A stretch of DNA of 64,000 nucleotides. It comes from a virus. Taxonomy: Duplodnaviria > Caudoviricetes. The first letter of the stretch is position 1. Each line of letters starts with the position of its first letter. Positions 19,730-29,700 of this stretch are shown here, in pieces. A model generated the notes under the pieces. The model ran no database searches, was not told the origin of the DNA, and was given only the letters and a program-made list of their open reading frames with translations. The stretch is from positions 1 through 64,000 of the IMG/VR virus record IMGVR_UViG_3300037067_020597; one strand, written 5' to 3'. Made by a program: the position numbers and the translations under genes.

Positions 19730-20108
19730 ATTCGAGATTATAGGGTACTAAGAAATATATGGGTTTTCCAGCACGGGTTCTCTTGCGTAAGATATATTCG
19801 TTTCCTTTTTGCCGCAAAAAATGCTTCATACGCATCATCAATGCTGATGGGTTTGTTATCTCTGGGCTTGCCGCTTCAAGCAGCTTGCCGATTTCTATGG
19901 GTTCTCCAGTTTCTACAGCGGCAAATAATAAATTGTAAGCAGCCTCAGTGGCCAACGTTGCGGGGTCGTTGATTGGTGCTTTTACTTTTTCATTAGCAGC
20001 AGCTTTTATATTTTCGATTGTTTCTTCACTTAATTTGCGGACATCTTCAGCGATAATTTGTTCCACTGAATCGCCTAAATCGACAGTGATGACGTTGATT
20101 TTTGCCAT
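19716..20108 (-). CDS. Hypothetical protein
   Basis: 130 aa ORF. Confidence 0.55.
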   Translation of the reverse strand: MAKINVITVDLGDSVEQIIAEDVRKLSEETIENIKAAANEKVKAPINDPATLATEAAYNLLFAAVETGEPIEIGKLLEAASPEITNPSALMMRMKHFLRQKGNEYILRKRTRAGKPIYFLVPYNLESTQE

Positions 20109-20161
20109 TATGTATTCCTGTATTTAAGTGTAGACATTAAAATACAAAGCAGAGATTAGAG

Positions 20162-20995
20162 ATGCAAAACAACAGTTGTATTGTGTGTGGTTCTGATAAA
20201 GATTTAGATGCTGAATTGACTATATCTGTTGATGGCCAAAAGATTACTGTCAAGGTTTGTGCAAAGCATGCGGACGACATAACACCCAAGGCCGCTAAAG
20301 CTGCATATTTGAAATGGAAATCCGACAGAGATACGCAGATGCAAGATTTCTTAGCTCAAGCAGCTAAGCTAGGAATGAAAGTGGTACCGCAGGATGGCTT
20401 GATGACTGTTAAACAGTCATCAAATGGGATTATTGGGCCTGCGGCAACTCCTGGTCCATTAGCAAGCCCAGATCCGGCTGCGCCTGTGGGGGCACCAGCG
20501 ACTGTTGGTCCTGCAGCGACATTGCACGGCACTAGAGAAGATGGTGTATTACCTGCCTCAGAAGTCGATGACATCATGCAGCGCCGCGTTACTGGTTTAG
20601 CTGGGTCAGTAGGAAACACGGGCATTGAAAGACATACAGCATACAATCCCAATGAATTGGAGTCCAAGTTGCCCGATGGTGCCAGAGAGGGTCTAGTAAA
20701 AATGGAGTTGGCCGAAGGGAGGCATGGAACTCCATTGGCAATTCCTGCAATTAGACAAGACGGACTTGGAGAGACTAGAGTTAGAATTTCTAAGTCTATG
20801 ACTGATGCCGATTTACAACGCAGATTTAAACAACAAGCTTCAGCATCTGTTTCTGATGAGACTAACTCAGCCCATTCTTTTAAAGATGGTTATGACTTGC
20901 ATAAATGTCCGATATGCAAGGGTGAAGGACATATCGCGAAAAATCAGACGGAAATAATTCCATGCCCAAAATGTGGTGGTTCGGGCATATTATAG
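20162..20995 (+). CDS. Hypothetical protein with N- and C-terminal Zn fingers
   Basis: CIVCG...CAKH at the N-terminus; CPICKG...CPKCGG at the C-terminus. Confidence 0.65.
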   Translation: MQNNSCIVCGSDKDLDAELTISVDGQKITVKVCAKHADDITPKAAKAAYLKWKSDRDTQMQDFLAQAAKLGMKVVPQDGLMTVKQSSNGIIGPAATPGPLASPDPAAPVGAPATVGPAATLHGTREDGVLPASEVDDIMQRRVTGLAGSVGNTGIERHTAYNPNELESKLPDGAREGLVKMELAEGRHGTPLAIPAIRQDGLGETRVRISKSMTDADLQRRFKQQASASVSDETNSAHSFKDGYDLHKCPICKGEGHIAKNQTEIIPCPKCGGSGIL

Positions 20996-21238
20996 ACCTG
21001 GTGGTGATAGGCTGAATTGTCTTGTAGAGACGCCCAAGAATTTTCTATGTCTTGGTTTTAGCGGGATGCCACTTGGCTGAGATGTGAAGCCAAGAACACG
21101 TGATCCAAGATCACCACCATTTTTTGGCTTCACATCAGTATCGCTTAGACTTAAGAGTGATCTTCGCCCATAGTTAGCACCAGTTGCTTTTTGGAGGGCT
21201 TTTAATAAATCACCTTCATTAAGCAATTTTAATTTCAT
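20990..21238 (-). CDS. Small basic protein (MKLKLLNE N-terminus)
   Basis: 82 aa; the N-terminal motif is shared with 43161 and 43442. Confidence 0.6.
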   Translation of the reverse strand: MKLKLLNEGDLLKALQKATGANYGRRSLLSLSDTDVKPKNGGDLGSRVLGFTSQPSGIPLKPRHRKFLGVSTRQFSLSPPGL

Positions 21239-21678
21239 TCTTCACTGCCTGGTGATTGTCCCGGTTTGCTGACTGCAATTATATCTTTAAGATCAGGATG
21301 ATAGCCTGCATCCTGCTCATTCCATCCGTCGCCTTCACTGACTTCTTTTCTGATATCTTCGAGAATATTAATCGCCTTTTCTTGTTCGATACCGCAGACT
21401 CCCTGTGTAGCCATTTCTTGCTTCATGGCTTTTTCGAACAATGGGTCAGTAATATACTTATAGTTGTGAACCTTTCTGAAGGCTCTGCAGACTCCTTCAT
21501 GGCACACAAAATCGACAGATTTTAGCTCGAATAAGTCGTTTATTTGCTCTTGTAAATATTGTAGTGATTTAGAATCGGCATCAGCAAGATCTTTTGGTGG
21601 ATCTGGAATTCCCAACTGCGTTTTGTGTTGCAGGTATGTTTGGACAGCTTCAGTTAATAATCTTTCATTGCGATTCAT
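21235..21678 (-). CDS. Hypothetical protein
   Basis: Start moved to MNRNERLLTE because it has a GGGAGA SD. Confidence 0.6.
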   Translation of the reverse strand: MNRNERLLTEAVQTYLQHKTQLGIPDPPKDLADADSKSLQYLQEQINDLFELKSVDFVCHEGVCRAFRKVHNYKYITDPLFEKAMKQEMATQGVCGIEQEKAINILEDIRKEVSEGDGWNEQDAGYHPDLKDIIAVSKPGQSPGSEE

Positions 21679-21750
21679 AAGTATTCTCCCATAAAAACTT
21701 TGCTTGGACCCCTGTAATTCTACAACCCCCATGATCGTTGATGAATCAAT

Positions 21751-22047
21751 ATGAGGAATGAAGAATATACTTTAGAAAAACCCAATCCGATAATTCAACA
21801 GTTAGATCAAGTTGAGTTGTTGACTGTCAAAAGGGTGAAATATTTATCTACGAGACCGGGATACGCACCCAGTCCTCACGGTAGATGGAGTGTTGTCGGG
21901 TTAGTCGATGGCGATGCCTTGCTTGCTAAAGACAATACTCTCATACGTATTCCAGTGGGAGACATCAAAAAGGTTTGTACTCACGACCGCCAACAGGTTT
22001 TAGACTTCTTAGAAGAACTTTGTTACAAAGGCAAAAGAAATGGCTAA
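21751..22047 (+). CDS. Hypothetical protein
   Basis: 98 aa; overlaps the recA start. Confidence 0.6.
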   Translation: MRNEEYTLEKPNPIIQQLDQVELLTVKRVKYLSTRPGYAPSPHGRWSVVGLVDGDALLAKDNTLIRIPVGDIKKVCTHDRQQVLDFLEELCYKGKRNG

Positions 22048-23158
22048 AAAGAAACCAGCTGCTAAATCTGAAGCTGAAAAGCAATCTGGCCCAATGGATT
22101 TTGATAGCATGATTGCTGAACTAGAGAAAAAATTTGGCGATTCAGTTCAGTGGGGTGGTGCGGCCACTATTAAGCCGACCCAAGCAACTTCTACTGGCTT
22201 GGCTAGCTTGGATATAGCATTAGGATGCCATGGTATTCCTGATGGCAGAATCATAGAAATATATGGCACAGAGTCAAGTGGTAAGACGACTCTTGCGTTG
22301 CAGATAGTGTCCAGCTTTCAGCAGCAGAACAAATTGACTGCATATATCGATGCAGAGCATGCTCTCGATTATAATTGGGCAACAAACATCGGTGTCGACG
22401 TTAAGAAATGGTTATTATCGCAACCTGATAGCGGTGAGCAAGCTCTTGATATCGTTCAATCATTAGCGACTTCTGGTATAGTTAAATTGGTGGTTGTGGA
22501 TTCTGTAGCAGCACTTGTCCCGCAAGAAGAGCTAGATGGAGATATCAGTGATAGGCAGATAGGCGCACAGGCTAGGTTGATGTCTAAAGGTATGCGAAAG
22601 TTGGCTGGAATATGTTTGAGGAGCGGTACAACAGTTATATTCATAAATCAGCTGCGTGACAAAATAGGTCAAATCGGCCCAAGTTACATGCATCCAGAAA
22701 TAACGCCTGGTGGTAGAGCATTGAAATTCTATTCTTCAATGCGGCTTGAGGTTCGCAGAGCAGAAACCTTACGGACCTCTAATATTCCATATGGAATGGT
22801 TACGAAAGTAAAAGTTGCCAAGAACAAAGTCGCTCCACCATTTCGATCTGCTGCTCTTGAGATCCATTATGGCGCGGCAAGCGGAATTTACGGATTCAAT
22901 AAGGTGCAAGCCTTAGTGAACGGCGCTGTTGAAACTTCAGTCGTTAAGCTTAGGGGATCTAATTATTACTTTAACGATCAGAAAATTGCTGTTGGTAAGG
23001 AGAAGCTAGCCGAAGTATTAAATGCCGACCCAGAACTGTTTAATACCATCTATGCAGAAGTCTATCATACGGCACAAGATGGAATCGTTGGTTCCGAAGA
23101 TAGTGATAGCCCCAAAGATACAGGAGAAGATGAATCTAGTTTCGATGAGGAAGGCTAA
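22040..23158 (+). CDS. recA: RecA recombinase
   Basis: GRIIEIYGTESSGKTT, YIDAEHALD, VVVDSVAALVP, FINQLR, GGRALKFYSS, KNKVAPPF. Confidence 0.97.
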   Translation: MAKKKPAAKSEAEKQSGPMDFDSMIAELEKKFGDSVQWGGAATIKPTQATSTGLASLDIALGCHGIPDGRIIEIYGTESSGKTTLALQIVSSFQQQNKLTAYIDAEHALDYNWATNIGVDVKKWLLSQPDSGEQALDIVQSLATSGIVKLVVVDSVAALVPQEELDGDISDRQIGAQARLMSKGMRKLAGICLRSGTTVIFINQLRDKIGQIGPSYMHPEITPGGRALKFYSSMRLEVRRAETLRTSNIPYGMVTKVKVAKNKVAPPFRSAALEIHYGAASGIYGFNKVQALVNGAVETSVVKLRGSNYYFNDQKIAVGKEKLAEVLNADPELFNTIYAEVYHTAQDGIVGSEDSDSPKDTGEDESSFDEEG

Positions 23159-23475
23159 TGGCCAGAGCACCGCTTTACGATATTAACCAGATTGTCTATC
23201 TGCAAGAGTCTGCTGCATTAGGATTCTTGGAAGCTTATACTATAAAGGACATAAGTTATCAGCCCAATGGTAAGCTGATATATACATTAACCACATCATT
23301 GAAGCAGCCAGCAGCTGTTCAGACTGTCGGCGACAGAATCACAGGGCAACGCACTTTACCAATAAGATTCTATGAAGAAGACTTGATCGAATACAAAGAA
23401 GCACTTGAGGTCTGTATTACAAACTTGCAAAGACAACTAGACGATTTGCAACGTTTGTACCAAGGACTCAGCTAA
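23158..23475 (+). CDS. Hypothetical protein
   Basis: Coupled between recA and the helicase. Confidence 0.65.
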   Translation: MARAPLYDINQIVYLQESAALGFLEAYTIKDISYQPNGKLIYTLTTSLKQPAAVQTVGDRITGQRTLPIRFYEEDLIEYKEALEVCITNLQRQLDDLQRLYQGLS

Positions 23476-24896
23476 TGATCGAGGCTCTTCAATCGGAACA
23501 AGAATCTAATATCGATACACCTTTTGGCCCGAACATGGAAGCGGGTATTGTGTCGCTATTTCTTGATTTTCCAGAGTTGTTCATCCCGACGTCTAAGTTT
23601 ATTACTCTGGACATATTCTCTAGACCAGAAGTACAATATATCATTGGAGTACTGAAACGTGATTATGACGAATTTGGCGTCTTGCCAACTCGTCCACTAT
23701 TGCACGATCGGCTAGCTAAAGTCTTGACGATGGACGATCCATATGAAGAAATTTTAGCTATTGTTGATAAGCCATCTGATCCTAGAGAGACTCCAATTTT
23801 GCGTAATATCTTGCGTGATTGGATAGAGCATCAGTTATATTCACAACTATACTCCGATGAAGGTGTTGCTGCTTATGAGCGTCGAGATCATGAATTCTTA
23901 CGCAAAATTGTCGATTCTGCATCTGCACTGAACTCGGTTGGAAAGCAAGGGTTTTGGTTCTATGATCAAATCGATGAAGTATTTGCTGATGCTGCAATCG
24001 AGCATATCAATACTGGCTTTAAAGATTTAAATAAGCGATTAAACGAAGGAGGCCCATCTCCTGGTGAAGTGTTAATTATATTGGCACCCACTGGCGTGGG
24101 CAAGACCTTAACGCTAATCAATATGGCTTATTCAGCTATGGAAGAAGGCCATAACGTCTTGTTTATCACGTTTGAACTTTCGACATATAAAACTGCCATA
24201 AGACTGGCTTCTCTTATGTCGAAAGTTCCGATGAGTGATTTTACAAGAGCCAATATTTGTTCGTTGCCAGAAGAAGAACAAGAGGAAATCAGGGGTGCAC
24301 AGACTAAGGTACGTAATGCTATCCGTGCGGGCCGAGACAAATCTGGAGAATTATTGATATATGAATTACCGCCCGATGAATGCAGCGTAGATGATATATA
24401 TGGTATCATTGAAGGGCATCGAAAGACCAAGGGATGGGAACCCAAGGTAGTTGTACTCGACTATTTAGAGTTGATGCTAAGCCGTCGCAGCTGTAATAAC
24501 AACGAAGGAGATTATACCAGGCAAAAAAGCGTTGCTACAGAAATGCGTGGTTTAGCTAAAAATGAAAAGGTTTTAGTCTATTCGGCTACACAGACTAATC
24601 GCAGTGGTGCTAAATCCGGTTCTAGGGATGATGCCCCCAATGCAGCAGCAGATCCTACTCATATAGACTTGGATAAGGCAGCTGAGAGTTTTGGGAAGGC
24701 AATGCCTGTCGATTACGTAGTCAGTTTAAATCAGACTACAGATGAATACAGAGCAGGTATGGGAGCTGATGGAAAGCCATCGCCCAATGGGGCGACTGTA
24801 AGACTTTGGATAGCGAAAAATCGTAATGGTCCAAAGTTTGTCTCTATCACCACCAAAGTATTTTACGAGAAAATGTCAATCAAACAAATCGAATAG
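23475..24896 (+). CDS. dnaB: DnaB/gp41-like replicative helicase
   Basis: APTGVGKT, ITFELS, VVLDYLELM, ATQTNR, IAKNRNGP. Confidence 0.9.
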   Translation: MIEALQSEQESNIDTPFGPNMEAGIVSLFLDFPELFIPTSKFITLDIFSRPEVQYIIGVLKRDYDEFGVLPTRPLLHDRLAKVLTMDDPYEEILAIVDKPSDPRETPILRNILRDWIEHQLYSQLYSDEGVAAYERRDHEFLRKIVDSASALNSVGKQGFWFYDQIDEVFADAAIEHINTGFKDLNKRLNEGGPSPGEVLIILAPTGVGKTLTLINMAYSAMEEGHNVLFITFELSTYKTAIRLASLMSKVPMSDFTRANICSLPEEEQEEIRGAQTKVRNAIRAGRDKSGELLIYELPPDECSVDDIYGIIEGHRKTKGWEPKVVVLDYLELMLSRRSCNNNEGDYTRQKSVATEMRGLAKNEKVLVYSATQTNRSGAKSGSRDDAPNAAADPTHIDLDKAAESFGKAMPVDYVVSLNQTTDEYRAGMGADGKPSPNGATVRLWIAKNRNGPKFVSITTKVFYEKMSIKQIE

Positions 24897-24907
24897 AGGG
24901 AACAGTA

Positions 24908-25309
24908 ATGCCTGACAATGATCTACTGGCAAGATCGCTTACCACCACCATCGAAATGATTCAGCCGAAAAAGGGGGTATATCAAGTTTCTCCTTTGTTG
25001 ATTGGTAACGATTATGTTGCCATTGCTCCAATCGAGGTCAAGAAGGACAGTAGTATCATAGTGCCAGATGAAGAATCGACTATTGGTATTATTGTTGGAA
25101 TTGGCCCGCTGGTGCCAGAGGGGATGCGTACCGCTTTTACTATTGGCAATACCGTCAGATTCAACCCCAAGACTCCGATCTGCTTGTTAGATGGGCTATA
25201 TCCGTTCTATAACAAGGCGCGGATCGTCTTGACTCGATTCCACAGTATTTTGGCAGCTGTATCTGGCGAGCCTGTTCAAGTCATTGGGCTTGATAAAGCC
25301 AAGGAATAG
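24908..25309 (+). CDS. GroES-like co-chaperonin
   Basis: DYVAIAP..K.SSIIVPD...GIIVGIGP...IGNTVRF...ILAAV. Confidence 0.6.
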   Translation: MPDNDLLARSLTTTIEMIQPKKGVYQVSPLLIGNDYVAIAPIEVKKDSSIIVPDEESTIGIIVGIGPLVPEGMRTAFTIGNTVRFNPKTPICLLDGLYPFYNKARIVLTRFHSILAAVSGEPVQVIGLDKAKE

Positions 25310-25314
25310 AGATA

Positions 25315-25722
25315 ATGCCGTTTTATAATTATATCTGCAGCGATTGTATCGCTGTAGAAGAGAAAAAGATTGGTAGAGAACTCACAGAGGAAGAGCAGAT
25401 TCCTCTGGTATTTGAAGTCTTCCATGCAATGTTCCCTACAAAAAAGGAGTTAGCTGAGAAGACGCAATGCCCAGCATGTCGTGGACATAACACACACACT
25501 ACTCTATTAGAGACCTCACAATCTTTTCGTATTCTTGGCGGTGATTGGCGAGAATTCAAGAAGAAAAACGCTGCGGCATTGCAGCGTGATATGGCTTTAC
25601 ATCAATTGGAGAATGACGACCCGTATGGGTACATGAGGACTCCGAGCGAGAAAGCTGATTTGGCTGACCAATTGCGTTCTAGTAGCAAGAAACGGCCTAA
25701 GAGGAAGCATTTTTTGACTTAA
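25315..25722 (+). CDS. FmdB-like zinc-ribbon protein
   Basis: MPFYNYICSDC...CPAC. Confidence 0.65.
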   Translation: MPFYNYICSDCIAVEEKKIGRELTEEEQIPLVFEVFHAMFPTKKELAEKTQCPACRGHNTHTTLLETSQSFRILGGDWREFKKKNAAALQRDMALHQLENDDPYGYMRTPSEKADLADQLRSSSKKRPKRKHFLT

Positions 25723-25723
25723 T

Positions 25724-26947
25724 ATGGTTTTAGCTAACGATTCCTTCTGTTATTATTGTGTTCTTTTCGATAAGAACCTAAAACCCGCAATTGCGGGTTT
25801 TCGAGCTTTGGGAAAAGAAGTCATAGATCCCCTATTTTTGCCATATATGGGGAAAACGATTTATGATATAAAGCAGCTTACTGCGAAGTATTACAAGCTA
25901 TTAGAGAAATCATTATTAAGTGGCAGGACAGTAGTGACTAATGATTTCAAATCGATATTGACTGGTTTTACTTTTGATGGTTTTGGTTTTGATAGTCTGC
26001 CGCGAGAGCAGCTAAATGTTTATGATGTTTTCTCACCGGTCCCTCAAATTCCAGATACGTATGATGAAGCTGCAGCTGTAGTCCACGATCAGTTAGATAA
26101 GCTAGAACGAAGTAGACTGAAGATTTGGCAAAAAGTAGCCGCCAATGCTTCTGTTGTTTATGAGAGTTTGGAGCGGCAAGGCGTATTAGTTGGCGGATTG
26201 CGTCGATACCCTAAATGGACTCATCGGACAGTGAGTGGACGCAGTAAGAATACTGGTTTTAATTTACAAGGAACGACTGCTAAAGACGATATTTCTGATC
26301 CTTATGGTAATCAATCAGATTTGTTTTTGAATTTCGATTGGAGAGCGGCAGACATACGTGTAGCGGCACTTCTGAGCGGCGATGAGCATTTAAATGAGAT
26401 GTCTCTTGGTTCAGATCCATATCAAGCAATAGCAGATATCATAGATCAACCGCGCAAAGATTGTAAAATCATGTTGTTGCGTGCCATCAATTCTATCGAT
26501 ATAGAGCATCCAGTCATTCAGATGTTTCCAGAATTGAAAAAATGGATGGCTACTCAGAAAGAGAAATTGGAAAACTCACAACCTGTAAGGAGCATATTGG
26601 GTAGAGAATTTTTCAATGCTGAGAGACCACGTTCTGCTTTCAACTCCACAATGCAGGGATCAATAGCACAAGCGATGCAATTGACAATTAGGAAGGTTTG
26701 GGAAGAGCACTATAGACTTCTTGCTGAGACACATGATTCTATAACTATAGCTTGCAATGCGGATAGAAATATATTCAAAGAGACTGTTAGAGCTGTAGCT
26801 AATATCATGTGCAAGCCATTTGCAGGAATCTTGAAAAGCAATCCTACATTTCCTGTGCGTGTCAATATTGGTAAATCTTGGTGTCAATGGAAGCCGTTTG
26901 GGCTATATCTAGATGTAGATAAGTTTCAATCTTGTCGACGTATTTAA
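25724..26947 (+). CDS. Short family A DNA polymerase-like protein
   Basis: Motif A NFDWRAADIRVAALLSGD, AFNSTMQGSIA, motif C ETHDSI; motif B is reduced. Confidence 0.7.
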   Translation: MVLANDSFCYYCVLFDKNLKPAIAGFRALGKEVIDPLFLPYMGKTIYDIKQLTAKYYKLLEKSLLSGRTVVTNDFKSILTGFTFDGFGFDSLPREQLNVYDVFSPVPQIPDTYDEAAAVVHDQLDKLERSRLKIWQKVAANASVVYESLERQGVLVGGLRRYPKWTHRTVSGRSKNTGFNLQGTTAKDDISDPYGNQSDLFLNFDWRAADIRVAALLSGDEHLNEMSLGSDPYQAIADIIDQPRKDCKIMLLRAINSIDIEHPVIQMFPELKKWMATQKEKLENSQPVRSILGREFFNAERPRSAFNSTMQGSIAQAMQLTIRKVWEEHYRLLAETHDSITIACNADRNIFKETVRAVANIMCKPFAGILKSNPTFPVRVNIGKSWCQWKPFGLYLDVDKFQSCRRI

Positions 26948-26962
26948 CCAGACGGTCTTGAT

Positions 26963-27478
26963 ATGACAGAAGAAAAAATAAATTCGCCGCAATGGTTCCA
27001 AGAACACGTACCACCTGAGGTGGCTAATAGTTCTCTATTTCAATTCAACATCAAGCTACCCGATAATAAGTCTTACCACATCAATCTGATCGATGATGTC
27101 GATATAAATTTCGAAATTCTAGAAGAACAGCACGAGCGTATTCCAGCCCAATATGTCTATTGGGCTGCTATTTACAGTGAGTTGAGATACGCCATTGCTA
27201 AATTAGAATTAAAAATCAAATCTCGCAAGCACGCAATTGTTCGCAAGATGCTTGAGGAATTCCGTGCAAGGAATATCAGAGCGACAGATAAGCAAACTGC
27301 TGTGCTTTTGGATGGCGATGCGGACCTTGTGAGATTAGAAGCCGAGTTGATCATACAGCAGAAGAATTGTGGGAAAGTATATCACATGGTTGAAGCGATT
27401 CGGCTTCGTTCCGAGCATAGTCGTTCGTTGGCTGGCTTCAAACGCCAAGAGAGAGAACAATCTGGTAGACAAACTTAA
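26963..27478 (+). CDS. Helical protein, possible UvsY-like recombination mediator
   Basis: ILEEQHERIPAQYVYWA plus a coiled coil; lies directly before the SSB. Confidence 0.4.
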   Translation: MTEEKINSPQWFQEHVPPEVANSSLFQFNIKLPDNKSYHINLIDDVDINFEILEEQHERIPAQYVYWAAIYSELRYAIAKLELKIKSRKHAIVRKMLEEFRARNIRATDKQTAVLLDGDADLVRLEAELIIQQKNCGKVYHMVEAIRLRSEHSRSLAGFKRQEREQSGRQT

Positions 27479-27489
27479 GGAGATTTCAC

Positions 27490-28725
27490 GTGGGATATGA
27501 CATTGAGACTATTAGGAATCAAGTAAGAGCCAAGATGAAGAAGGGGCGAGACCCAACAGAATTTCGCGCCCCTAAGATTGAAGATGGCAAGACGCTGAAG
27601 TATCGATTCTACATTTTGCCGCCACTGCGAGTCGGCGACGTTTGCAATGACGGCAAAGTGAAGTGCGAACGCGAAATGGAGCTATTTGCGATTTCTAACG
27701 GTGCGCATTACATTGATAACAAACGGCTAGGCTGTCCTCGCATTATCGAGGACGAGGAATGTGATATTTGCCAATATGCCTTTGATCTGCTTCAAGAGAT
27801 TGATGGTTCAACGACAGAAGGCAAGAAACGGCGAAGTGAGATTGGCAAACAATTGCTTCCCGGCCAATATCACTTGGTCAATCTTTATTTTCCGCCAGTC
27901 AAAGTCAACCCTGAAGAGTTGCGCGGCAAGGTATTTTGGTTCAATGCACCGAAGACAGTTGTTGATATTTGGCTTGAGTGCCTGTATCGCGATGACGACG
28001 GAGGCGATCCTGAGGAACCGTTGCCGTTCGGCGTATTCTTCGACGAGAACAACGCGAACCAGTTTCAACTAGAAGTGGTTAAAGACGGCCAGATGAATTC
28101 ATACAAGAGGTCGAAATTCATCGGTGCGCCTCGGCCCATTGTTACAGACAAGAACACCAAGCAGGCAGATGTGAAGCGCATCAAGGAGATCCTCGCAAAG
28201 AGATACAACTTGTGGGAAAAGCTGCCTGAAATTAATCGTGATGAAATTGCTCGCGTTGCGGCTGCTTTGAGTGGTAAGGCTCCCAAGGCGGCATCCGGTG
28301 GCTTCGATCAGGATGAAGAAGCTGTCGAAGACGAGATTATGGAGACTCCACCGGCCAAGACAGAATCGAAGCAGGCCACAGCCGCTAAGGCTGCTGCGAA
28401 ACCAGCCGCCACCAAGTCGTCGGCCAAACCAGCTACATCTGCCACATCTGCCAAGCCTGCCACATCTGCCAAATCTACTGCCAAGGCAGCGCCAGCAAAG
28501 GCTAAGCCAAAGGAAGAGTTGGAGGATGAATTAGAGGACGATCTTGAGCCTGAAGCTGAGCTTGAGGAAGATTCCAATGACATCGCTGGAGAAGCTCCAT
28601 TCGATGAAGAGGCTGAGGTTGGCGAGGAAGCTGAGGAAACCGAAGCAGCAGAGGTTGAAGACGAGGGTGGCGGTGAAGATGTCGACAGCGAAGTCGACCG
28701 CCTATTAGACGAACTCGACAGCTAG
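27490..28725 (+). CDS. Single-stranded DNA-binding protein (gp32-like) with Lys/Ala linker and acidic tail
   Basis: RFYILPP...H...CP..I..EECDIC core, very acidic C-terminus, AAGGAG SD and GTG start. Confidence 0.75.
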   Translation: MGYDIETIRNQVRAKMKKGRDPTEFRAPKIEDGKTLKYRFYILPPLRVGDVCNDGKVKCEREMELFAISNGAHYIDNKRLGCPRIIEDEECDICQYAFDLLQEIDGSTTEGKKRRSEIGKQLLPGQYHLVNLYFPPVKVNPEELRGKVFWFNAPKTVVDIWLECLYRDDDGGDPEEPLPFGVFFDENNANQFQLEVVKDGQMNSYKRSKFIGAPRPIVTDKNTKQADVKRIKEILAKRYNLWEKLPEINRDEIARVAAALSGKAPKAASGGFDQDEEAVEDEIMETPPAKTESKQATAAKAAAKPAATKSSAKPATSATSAKPATSAKSTAKAAPAKAKPKEELEDELEDDLEPEAELEEDSNDIAGEAPFDEEAEVGEEAEETEAAEVEDEGGGEDVDSEVDRLLDELDS

Positions 28726-28742
28726 CAGTATGTCGTAAATTC

Positions 28743-28782
28743 CAGGGCGAGAGTTCGATTATCGGGCTCTCGCCCTGTTTGT
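28743..28782 (+). terminator. Rho-independent terminator after the SSB
   Basis: CAGGGCGAGAG...CTCTCGCCCTG stem followed by TTTGT. Confidence 0.8.
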
Positions 28783-28783
28783 T

Positions 28784-29671
28784 ATGAGGGATGTTATGGC
28801 TCAGAAATGCGCACTATTGGTAGACGCCAGGAATTTGATGTATCGGGCAATCTTTGCTAATAGAAAGCAGTCAAGATATCGCAATCAGCATCCTTTCACC
28901 ATTATGTTACGTTTCATGGTGGGTTGGCTAGACAAGTTCAAGCCAGAGAGTGTCAATATATTTTGGGATGCAAAGCGATCTACTCTGTGGAGAATGAAAG
29001 TTTTTGTTGGTTATAAAGATAAGCCTGATAAATATACAATCGATATCAAAGATGAGCTAATTAGTACGCAAATTGCTGCGAAAGCCATGTTCTCATACAT
29101 GGGATGTAGGCAGTTTAGCAAGGATCGGATGGAAGCGGACGACCTAATCTATGCTACATGCAAAGTCTTAGCTCCATCGCCTATTGTAGTATGCTCTTCT
29201 GATAGTGATTATCAACAGCTGGTATTTCGTATGTCTCACGTCAAATGCTTTGATCCTATGCGTGAGACTTTTATGCCTCTTCAAGATTACGATCCTGTAA
29301 TACAAAAAGCATTATGCGGCGATAAATCAGATATGATTAATGGTTATACTGGTATAGGACCAATTAAAAGCACAGCTATGGCTAGATCCAGCGTGGACAG
29401 ACAGAAATTTCTCGACACAGCAGGTATGAAGCCGTATATCAGGAATCTATTATTAATAGATTTATCACTATGTCCTGACTTACTCAAGAACCAATTATAT
29501 GTGCAGCGAATATTAGACGCACAGCCGACTTTTGATAAGAATAAATTGTTTGATCTGGCTCGTAAATATAAAGTTGGTGGATTTGTTACAGAATATCCTA
29601 GATTAGCTGCTAGATTTAAGCAGCTTATAATTCATCCAGAGGATAAAGATGACCAGGACAGCAAGAGTTAA
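28784..29671 (+). CDS. 5'-3' exonuclease (FEN / T4 RNase H-like)
   Basis: LLVDARN, FWDA, MEADDLI, SSDSDYQQL, LCGDKSDMING..GIGP. Confidence 0.9.
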   Translation: MRDVMAQKCALLVDARNLMYRAIFANRKQSRYRNQHPFTIMLRFMVGWLDKFKPESVNIFWDAKRSTLWRMKVFVGYKDKPDKYTIDIKDELISTQIAAKAMFSYMGCRQFSKDRMEADDLIYATCKVLAPSPIVVCSSDSDYQQLVFRMSHVKCFDPMRETFMPLQDYDPVIQKALCGDKSDMINGYTGIGPIKSTAMARSSVDRQKFLDTAGMKPYIRNLLLIDLSLCPDLLKNQLYVQRILDAQPTFDKNKLFDLARKYKVGGFVTEYPRLAARFKQLIIHPEDKDDQDSKS

Positions 29672-29700
29672 TAAAATGGTGTCATAATCAAACATATTCT

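Noticed and set aside
22040-24896. Inteins in RecA or DnaB
   Set aside because: The conserved motifs are contiguous and the lengths are normal.
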